Source: Octopus vulgaris (Eukaryota). From it: a stretch of 64,000 nt of DNA. The position numbers and the translations under genes are program-made. Position 1 is the stretch's first letter. Every line of letters begins with the position of its first letter. The notes beneath the pieces were generated by a model that saw only the letters and a program-made list of their open reading frames with translations, was not told the DNA's origin and did not search any database. The stretch is from contig OX597829.1 of the NCBI GenBank assembly GCA_951406725.2, positions 42,842,001 through 42,906,000 on the forward strand, in the 5' to 3' direction. Of this stretch, positions 54,781 to 64,000 are shown piece after piece.

Positions 54781-55340
54781 TTTGTGTGTGTGCTTTACAA
54801 GCGATGCTGGTGTGTCTACGTCCCCGTAACTTAGCGGTTCGGCATAAGAGAGCGATAAAATAAATACTAGGCCTACAAAGAATATGCCTTGGAGTCGATT
54901 TGCTTGACTAAAGTCGTTACTCCAGCTCGGTCACAGTGAGATGACCGAAACAAGTAAAAGAATAAAAGAATAAATATCTGTGTGTGTGTTTGTCACCCTC
55001 ACCATCATTTGACAACCGATGTTGGTATGTTTACGTCACCGTAACATAACGGCTCGACAAAATCGATCGAGAGAATAAGTACTAGGCTTACAAAGAATAA
55101 GTAATGGGGTCGATTTATTCGACTAAAGGCAGTGCTCCAGGGTTTTGGTCGGCCCGAGGCTATAGTAGAAGACACTGTCCCAAGGTGCCAGCAGTGGGAC
55201 TGAACGCGGAACCATGTGGTTGGTTAGCAAGTTACTTACCACACAGCCACTCCCGCGCCTGTTCGTTTATTTTTCTATTCTTTTATACGTTTCAACCCTA
55301 AGGTTGTGGCCATACTGGAGCACGGCCAGTGTTTATAAAG
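54461..55340. repeat. About 203-bp inverted duplication of a SINE A head plus its upstream flank
   Basis: 54461-54664 pairs with 55138-55340; both share private variants (CCGCGTTCAG, GGGACAGTG). Confidence 0.92.
54545..55140 (+). mobile_element. SINE A followed by a second SINE A 3' half
   Basis: Family A motifs; second tail at 54980-55140. Confidence 0.85.
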
Positions 55341-55371
55341 AGTAAAAGAATAAAAGAAAAAAGAATAAAGC

Positions 55372-55460
55372 GAATAATGTTGAGTGATAAAGAAAATATA
55401 TGAATAATGTTGAGTGATAAAGAAAATATATGAATAATGTTGAGTGATAAAGAAAATGTA
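55372..55460. repeat. 30-bp tandem repeat, 3 copies
   Basis: GAATAATGTTGAGTGATAAAGAAAATATAT. Confidence 0.92.
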
Positions 55461-55594
55461 CGAATTATTCTGTTGTACATGAATTCAAAAAAAGATTAAA
55501 GCAACTGAGTGACGGGCTGAAAGAGTAAATATGTAAGAGGTCGTTTGAACCGGCTGAAAGCGTTGAGATCCTTTTTTTTTTTTTTTGTTAGTTG

Positions 55595-55799
55595 TTACTT
55601 GTTCCAGTCATTAAGACAACGGCCAAGCTGGAGTATCACCTTGAAGAATTTTAAAGTCTTGTAATTATTGCATCGATCATTTTTGCCGAGCAGCTATGTT
55701 ACGGGCGGGTATGTAAAGACACCAGCACCGGTTGTCAAGCGATGGTGTGTGTATTTGGGGCGGGAGAGGAAAAAGGCAGACAGGAAGATACAGACACAC

Positions 55800-55891
<92 letters not shown>

Positions 55892-56085
55892 TTAGTTAGA
55901 TAGATACAGACATTCATATATACGACAGGCTTCTTTCAGTTTCCGTCTACCAAATCCACTGACAAGGCTTTGGTCTGCCCAACGCTATAGTGGAAGACAC
56001 TTACTTGAGGTGGCACGCCATGGGACTGAACCCGGAATCATGTGGTTAGGAAGCAAGCCTCTTACCACACAGCCACTCCTGAACC
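55595..56085 (-). mobile_element. SINE A, diverged
   Basis: Reverse complement of family A. Confidence 0.85.
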
Positions 56086-56275
56086 TAAAGATAAAAATAT
56101 AAAGAGGTGGAGAGAGAGAAAACGCGCGCGCGTGGGAGTATAAAAGTAATACAGAGTACAGATGACTGAAAGAGCGAGAGACAGAGACTGAGTGAGAGAG
56201 TATAAGAGTTATGGAGAGTACAGATGACTGAAAGAGAGAGAGAGAGTATAAGATTTATAGAGAGTACAGCTAACT

Positions 56276-56341
<66 letters not shown>

Positions 56342-56812
56342 ATGAATGAATGAATGAATGAATGAATGAATGAAAGAGAGAGAGAGAGAGAGAGAGAGGG
56401 GAGAGAGAAAGTGAGTAGGACAGAGAGAAAGAATTTATAAATGAAGTGGAAAGCCTTCGTGAGTTAGCAAGAAGAGTATAAACGAACGAGCGACATTAGG
56501 AAAATTAAAGTAAAAGAAAGGGTGATAGAACAAGAAAGAAGGAGGAGAGGAAGAAGAATGAAGAGAGAGAGAGAGAGAGAGAGAGAGAGTAAAAACGAAA
56601 GCGAGAGAAATAGTGAGGAAGAAGAAGAAGACAGAGAATCTGGTGAGTGGTTGGTTAGATGTTGGGAAAGGTAAATAGAAGAACCGGAGCTCTAAGATTG
56701 GTGGAGGGCGTTTGGGGAATTTTGTCTAGGGAACTAGAATCGTCACTAAAAACCACTACCAGTCTACATAACACGGTAAAGCACCACACACAAAACCATA
56801 ATCGACACCACC

Positions 56813-56844
<32 letters not shown>

Positions 56845-57550
56845 CAACAACAACAAAAAGAACAACAACAAGAACAACAAAAACAACGACGATGACGACG
56901 ACCACAAAGCGAACACCGACGCCATTTATCCTCTCCTACCGCATTTCACATATACACATACAACGTACACACAGTTTATATATCTCCAGCCAGCCAGCCA
57001 ACCAGCGAGCGAGCTAGCCAGCAAAAGCAACCTCACGTCGCCACCATTTTTTTTTCTTCTTTTCCTTTTTCTTTTCCGTTTTCTTTTCGTTCTTTTTTTT
57101 CTTTCCTTTTTGTTCTTATCTAAGCCGTCATGGGAGACAAGTAACCGAGTGAAATATGCAACTAGAGCTCAGAACTAATTGCTACGTTGCATGTGATTGT
57201 CATATTTGCTCAAAGACCCAATTCAGGACGAGGTGCTTTTGCTATTCGCAAAGTGAGCCATTCATTCATCCATCCAGCCGTTTCACAGGGTGTTAATTCT
57301 TTTTCTTTTCAAACTTGAGGTCCGCGGAGATTTTCGAGTGCGCACGCGTTTCTCTCGTTCTCTTTTTATCCGTTCAGTCACTCTAACACGCTCACCAACT
57401 CCGCCTCTCCTTTTTTACTCTCCCCCCACTTGTTCTCTATCACATTTACGCTCTTGCTTTCCTTCTTGTTTATTTTACTTCTCACTTTCTTTCTTTTTCT
57501 GCTACATTACTATATCACCTTATCTATGCAAGTAACACATCTAATTTTTC

Positions 57551-57670
<120 letters not shown>

Positions 57671-57934
57671 TACACATACATATATTTCTATGTATGTGTA
57701 TGTATATTTTTACATTTCTTTCTCCCAGTTCGTTCTCTCTCTCACTTTCTCTTCCTCAATCTCTTCTCCTTTCTCTCCATGTCTGTTATACATCATTTTA
57801 TCCACACCAGGCTCCTCTCGTATCGTCTTTCAATTTTAGTATCGCATCACACCCTCCTCTATACCTTTCATTTTCTTTTTATTTCTTTTTTTTTATTATA
57901 TTTTGCATATGTAATATACATAGCTGAAATACGC

Positions 57935-57975
<41 letters not shown>

Positions 57976-57984
<9 letters not shown>

Positions 57985-58146
57985 ATATGTACATACATGC
58001 ATCAATACGCACGCCTACACACATAGATCTACATATAAACATATATGTATATGTGTGCAATACTTATACACACACATATGTATATGTGTATTCAAACATA
58101 TATATATATATATATATATATGTAAATATACATATATCTCTGTATG

Positions 58147-58182
<36 letters not shown>

Positions 58183-58295
58183 TACATATGTACATACATG
58201 CATCAATACGCACGCATACACACATAGATCTACATATAAACATATATGTATATGTGTGCAATACTTATACACACACATATGTATATGTGTATTCA

Positions 58296-58300
<5 letters not shown>
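57976..58300. repeat. About 200-bp-period tandem duplication in a TA/CA tract
   Basis: CATGCATCAATACGCACG...GTGCAATACTTATAC...GTATTCAAAC occurs twice. Confidence 0.88.
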
Positions 58301-58334
<34 letters not shown>

Positions 58335-58659
58335 GTGTGTGTGTGTGTGTAATAGATGTGTACATATATACACACATGCATACGCGAGCGGCGCTTTCGG
58401 TGAGAGGCTATGAGCTGCGTACATACACATATATCCTCATATATATATATATATGTGTGGATATATACACATATATCCTCTGCTGCACAGTTTTGTTAAC
58501 TGATAACCAAGCAGATGATCTGTCCAAGTAGTTGTCTTCTGGTGATATCTTTCACCAACGAGAGTATCTTGCACGAACACCACCACGTCTGCCACCGTTG
58601 TGCACTACTTTTGCCCCCCATAGCTATTATTTCCACAGCAGAAAACTAAACTATCGCCA

Positions 58660-59520
58660 AAATCACCGCCACCACTACAACCGCAACCGTCACCACCACC
58701 ACAACCATCATCAACACCACCACCATAACCACCACCACAACCATCATCACCACCACCACCACTACCACCACCACCATAACCACCACCACAACCATCATCA
58801 CCACCACCACCATCGCCGCCGCCGCCGCCTGCGATAACCATTATCACCACGATCATCACAATCACCACCAGAACCAGCACCAGCACCAGCACCACCACCA
58901 CCACCACCACCACTAGCACTCCCCCACCATCAGCACCATAACCACCACCACCACCACCACTACCACCACCACCACCACCACCACAACCACCACCACCACT
59001 ACCACCACCACCACCACCACCACCACCACCGCCGCCGCCGCCGCCTGCGCTAACCATTATCACCACGATCATCACAATCACCACCAGAACCAGCACCAGA
59101 ACCAGGATCACCACCACCACCACGACCACGACGACCACCACCACCACCACCACCACCATCACCACCACCAGCACTCCCCCACCATCAGCACAATCATCAC
59201 TACCATCACTAACACCAGCACCACCATTACCACCAGCGCCACCAGCAATACTGCCACCACTCATCACCATCACCAACACCAACACTCCGCAATTACCACC
59301 GCAGCCTCAACCACTACCATCACCACCACCACCATCTACAACCACCACCACCACCACCATCTACAACAACAACAACAAACGTCACCACCTTTTCAATCAC
59401 CTCGACTTCTTGACTTTATTTACCAACAACACCGACACCGCTTTCTCCTTAAACACCACCACCATCACCACAACCACCACCACCACTACCACTACCACCA
59501 CCACCACCACTAAATTTTTA
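58660..59520. repeat. CAC-rich tract with an internal duplication of about 215-bp period
   Basis: GCCGCCTGCG.TAACCATTATCACCACGATCATCACAATC occurs twice. Confidence 0.85.
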
Positions 59521-59714
59521 ACGACCACCATACAGTAATAAGCACCACCACCGCGCTTGCCATCAGCACTAAAAACACAACGTAAGCCTTTAACAACACC
59601 ACGAGTCTCTGTGATTACTCGACTGCTAGAAGTAAAAGCCAAATCTGCTTTCTAATCACGTCACGTCTTAAGTAAAAGAAAAGACACTGTATATAGTCGT
59701 GCATAGACAGACAA

Positions 59715-59755
<41 letters not shown>

Positions 59756-59772
59756 CACACACACACAAATAT

Positions 59773-60053
59773 ATGTGTTGGTGCAGAAAAGTTCCTGGCC
59801 TTGGGTAAAAGAAAATACAGGAGGATAAGTTTATTATGGTTTTATTCAACATATTCCCCTCTCAGATTCACTCACTTATTGCAGCAGTCCTTCAGTTTTT
59901 TCTAAGCGTTGTAAAAGTACTCGGAAGGTCTTTCGCGACATCCTTAAAGCCAGGAACTTTTTCTAAGCTCTGTAAAACGAGTTCGAAGTTTGGGCCTCCA
60001 GCCAGGCTTTTCTCGATACTCTTAAAACCAGGAACTTTTTACAGCAACCCCTT
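59773..60053. mobile_element. Mariner-type MITE with a duplicated right TIR
   Basis: Left GAAAAGTTCCTGGCCTT; right AAAGCCAGGAACTTTT (about 59946) and AAAACCAGGAACTTTTTACAGCAACCCCT (60024-60053); TA flanks. Confidence 0.7.
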
Positions 60054-60066
60054 ATATACACACCAC

Positions 60067-60220
60067 GGCTTCGTTTCAGTTTCCACCAATCTACTATAAC
60101 CGCTCTCAGAAGGCTATAGTCGGCCCGTGGACCGAGGTAGCGATGGAGGAAATTAAGCCAAAGTGTAGCTCAGTGAGACTAAATGCGAAAACATGTGGTT
60201 GGGAAACAGGCTTCTTACCA
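60067..60220 (-). mobile_element. Diverged SINE A head
   Basis: TTTCAGTTTCC...ACATGTGGTTGGGAAACAGGCTTCTTACCA. Confidence 0.6.
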
Positions 60221-60239
60221 TTGTGTGTACCAGGGGGTT

Positions 60240-60903
60240 TGTACTGTCTGTCAAGTTAAAACAAGGACCTCAGACAAGCAGTACTTTACACAATATGCGT
60301 ACAGTTCCAAGTAATGCCGATTTTTGCAATACACCTAGATTGCAGGGTATTTCTAAAGTTACCAGATGTTTCTCCAGTTTTGGTGGTATTGAACCCAATG
60401 CTCCGATGACAATAGGGATAACCTTTATGTTTGACTCTCGTAGCTGCCACACTTTAGCAATCTCAATTCTCAAGTCTCAATATTTATCAACTTTTTTCTC
60501 TTTTTCCTTCATGATAATATGTTGGTTACCTGGCACTGCCACGTCGATTATTTGGCACTCTTGTTTGTCCTTCCTAAAGGTTACTACATCTGGCTTTCGG
60601 TGCTCTAACAACTTGTCTGTCTGGAAGTCAATGTCCTAGATGATTTTTTACCTTCCCTTTTACGTCCATTACGTTTTTCCAGTGTATGTTGGTACCAAGC
60701 ACCCGTTACATCGTATCTATACTTACGGCATAGTAGCCAGTGGCGGTTCGGGGCTACCTTGTCGTGTCTACGCTTGTACTCTTTCAATGCAAAACTTTCA
60801 CAAGCACTAACAATATGATTAACGCAGAGTTTCGTTGTACTTGTCTGGTATATACCACTTTTCACTGAGTTTGTATTCACTGCCTCGTCCTGTACAGCGA
60901 TTA
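60240..60903 (-). mobile_element. R4/Dong-like non-LTR C-terminal fragment (zinc knuckle, RHD, RLE)
   Basis: IIAVQDEAVNT..VNHIVSAC..EYKRRHDKVA..HRKPDVV..IIDVAVP..LRIEIAKVW..VIPIVIGALGSIP..LQKSALLGTVRILCKVL. Confidence 0.88.
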
Positions 60904-61505
60904 TTATTACTTCCGCTTTACCGAAGGCGACGGTATTGTTTTCAGTCGTATTTGTTTGTTTGTTTGTCCGTGGGCAAGATATCTCAAGACCCGTTGGATG
61001 GATTCGGATGAAACTTTCAGGGATATTTGGCCTCATGACTGGCACAAACTTATTAGATTTCAGGATCGATCCGGTACTGAACAATGATTCTGGATCATTT
61101 GTTATATTTACTTTACATGATTACGATCTTACGTTAACTGTCAAGACTTTCTCAATTATCTCCCTTTAGGCTGTAACTATTTTGAATGGTGAATTTGTTA
61201 ACTTTGGCTTGCATTAGATAGAGATAAATCATTTATTACTGTCACTAAATTTTCTACAGCCACCTTCACATTCCATGACTGCCATTGGGATTGATCAGTT
61301 ACCGGACAAAGGTTCTGGATTCTTTTTCCGTTTTATTTTTACTTAATTTTTGAGAGCGGTCGGGTTCATTTTTAGCATTGTCGTTTGTGAGAGAAGTCGA
61401 GTTTATTTCAAATATTCTCATTTTAAAAATCATCTCTAGCTAATCTTTGAGAGGACATAGGTGTTGCCTCGTTGCATCGGCGGAGGTTTGCGCTTTCTGA
61501 ATGGC
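60904..61505 (+). mobile_element. Helentron/HINE (DINE-1-like) non-autonomous element
   Basis: Starts TTATTACTTCCGC; then (GTTT)n and GATATCTCAAG..GGATGGATTCGGATGAAACTT; subterminal inverted copy GGCGGAGGT and a short 3' hairpin. Confidence 0.7.
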
Positions 61506-61612
61506 TTTCATTCTTCACAGGATCGATAAATTAAGTACTGGGGAAACACTGGGGTCGATACAACCGACTAGTCCCTACCCCAAAATTTCAGACCCTCTGC
61601 CTTTATTAGAAA
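61505..61612 (+). mobile_element. SINE B 3' fragment
   Basis: GATCGATAAATTAAGTACTG..GGGGTCGAT. Confidence 0.65.
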
Positions 61613-61615
61613 GGA

Positions 61616-61740
61616 TTCTTCTTCTTCTTCTTCTTCTTCTTCTTCTTCTTCTTCTTCTTCTTCTTCTTCTTCTTCTTCTTCTTCTTCTTCTTCTTCTTCT
61701 TCTTCTTCTTCTTCTTCTTCTTCTTCTTCTTCTTCTTCTA
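61616..61740. repeat. (CTT)n microsatellite
   Basis: Direct reading. Confidence 0.95.
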
Positions 61741-62332
61741 CTCATTATCATTTCCATTATTATCATCATGATTATTATTATTATTATTATTTTATGTTTG
61801 GATTTTGCATTGTGTTTATACAAGTCAACTCCAAATGTCATTCAGAGACTTCAAGATACAACAAGTTTAGAAGTTCAAGTCGGTGTTATGACTAAGGTAG
61901 TTGATAACTTCCATGTTTTTTTTTTTAGATTTGTACAATGAATTGTTTAAGAAAATGTCTGTCAAAAAAAAAAAAAAAAAAGAAAAGAAAATTAAAATTT
62001 TGTTTTAAAAGTAGCTGTATGATAAAAATGATAGCGTGATCTTAAGATGGCAGTAAAAGGTTTTTTTGCTATTATGTAGAGTTAAAAGTCCATTTGTTGC
62101 TTGTGGAGTTGCCTTGAATTTACATGCTCTAAAAATCTGTCTCTCATCTTGTAGAAACTTGTTTCTTGAAACTGTTTTCATCTCTTGTTTTTTTTGTTTT
62201 TTTGTATCACTTTGTTTCAGGACTTATGTAAGTCCTTCGCTATATTGGCGATCTTTCATCGTTTTGTAACTAGATTCGTGTTTCTAGGAGCATGTATGTC
62301 TTTCTAAAGAATCATCATTGTTGCCGGTGTTA

Positions 62333-62490
62333 AGGAGGTGAACTGGCAGAATCGTTAAAACTTCGGATCAAATGCTTAGCGGCCTTTTTGTCCTTTAGGA
62401 ATCGATAAAATAAGTACCAGTCTAGTACTGGTGTCGATGTAATCGGCTTAACTCACCATTTCCGAAATTGCTGGCCTTGTGCCAAAATTG
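62333..62490 (+). mobile_element. SINE B, internally deleted
   Basis: GGTGAACTGGCAGAATCGTT..ATCGATAAAATAAGTACCAG. Confidence 0.75.
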
Positions 62491-62534
62491 GACGTCATTA
62501 TTTTTTTTATCTTCTTGTTGGAATTATATGCTTC

Positions 62535-62761
62535 TATTTTACTCTTTTACTTGTTTCAGTCATTTGACTGTCACCATGCTGGAGCACCACCTTTCGTCGA
62601 GCAAATCGGCCCCAGGACTCATTCTGTGTAAGCCTAGTAGTTATTCTATCGGTCTCTATTGTCGAACCGCTAAGTTACGGGGACGTAAACACACCACCAT
62701 CGCTTGTCAATCGCTTGTTGGAGGGACAAACACAGACGCACAACACAAACATATACACACA

Positions 62762-62801
<40 letters not shown>

Positions 62802-62935
62802 TATATATATATATATATATTCATATATACAAGGGACTTCTTTCAGTTTCCGTCTACCAAATCCACTCACAAGGCTTTGTTCGGCCCAAGGCTATAGTAG
62901 AAGACACTTGCCCAAGGTGACACGCAGTGGGACTG
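62535..62935 (-). mobile_element. SINE A, 5'-truncated
   Basis: Reverse complement of family A. Confidence 0.88.
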
Positions 62936-63349
62936 TTTCTTATTTTACTTCTACAAGCTTTCCTTAGTAATAATAATGTGAAATAACTTCTCGATTGTCG
63001 TCTTTGAAACTTATGTGAGTTATTGAACCTACTCTAAGCATGCGCCTGCGAAATGGAGGAAAGAAAGTTGGCTGCGGGCTTATGCCTTTAGTTGTCAGGG
63101 TAAACCTGAATCTGTAGGGGCCATTGATGGGCCCTTGTTGGACGTTCAAGATGATTGAATCCATCATATGTTTACGTATTTTCTATACTATGTATGCTAT
63201 TTTAAAATCTCATTTTTACTTCTTCATCTTTCTTTCACTAGTCTTATCCTTCATGTAACCCGACACCACCCCACACCATCCCATACACACTCATATTGTT
63301 TGAATGTTCTTGTGTTTGTACCCCCTATTTATACACCTGTTGCAAATAA

Positions 63350-63442
63350 ACTCATCCTCCTTCTCCTCATCATCGTCGTCGTCGTATCATTGTCGTCATC
63401 ATCATCCCGTCATCATCATTATCTTTTTCATCATCACTGTGG

Positions 63443-63479
<37 letters not shown>

Positions 63480-63584
63480 TCTCATCACCGTCCTCGTCGT
63501 CGTGGTCATCATCATCATCGTCATCACCATCATCATCGTCATCGTCTTCATCATAATCCAGTCATCATCATCATCATCATCCCG

Positions 63585-63632
<48 letters not shown>

Positions 63633-63880
63633 CCACTATCATCATCATCATCATCATCATTCTCACCACCGTCCTCGTCGTCGTGGTCATCATCATCATC
63701 ATCATCATCGTCATCGCCATCACCATTGTCGTCATCATCGTCATCTTCGCCATCATCATTATCATCATGAACATCATCATCATCCACATCGTCAACATTG
63801 TCATCATCACCCTCTTCACCCTCATCATCATCATCGTCGTCGTCCTCTTCGTCGTCGTTGTCGTCATCGTCATCATTATA
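63350..63880. repeat. (CAT/CGT)n degenerate microsatellite
   Basis: Direct reading. Confidence 0.93.
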
Positions 63881-64000
63881 ATTATTATTTCTTTTTCTTT
63901 TTATTTTATTTTACTAGTTTCCTTATATATATATTTTTTTTTTTTTGATTCCTTTCATTTTCATCGAATCCTCGTTTCATTATTACTCAAGTTTAAGTTG

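Noticed and set aside
55372-55460. 30-bp repeats as a CRISPR array
   Set aside because: Head-to-tail minisatellite without spacers

Overview
This is AT-rich eukaryotic DNA with no recognisable host gene, packed with microsatellites. It is most likely octopus (coleoid cephalopod) intronic or intergenic DNA; that is inferred from the repeat landscape, not from a database search. Nearly all ORFs in the track are microsatellite artefacts. The real content is: three groups of tRNA-headed SINEs (about 25 copies), dead non-LTR retrotransposon fragments (HERO-like, R4/Dong-like, Tx1/L1-like), Tc1/mariner relics, a non-autonomous Helitron with intact termini and a Helentron-type element. The most striking signal is a set of small non-coding elements, mostly embedded in (TA)n, that carry type I hammerhead ribozyme (HHR) motifs with palindromic stem III, as known from Penelope-like elements and retrozymes. 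Several are built as fold-back palindromes. These include an 888-bp near-perfect palindrome (49011-49898) with an HHR on each strand, a 268-bp inverted twin-HHR element with a 15-bp TSD (35029-35296), and a canonical stand-alone HHR (32554-32639, minus strand). Several local templated inverted and direct duplications add further potential dsRNA. Coordinates were read by eye, so degenerate ends are approximate.
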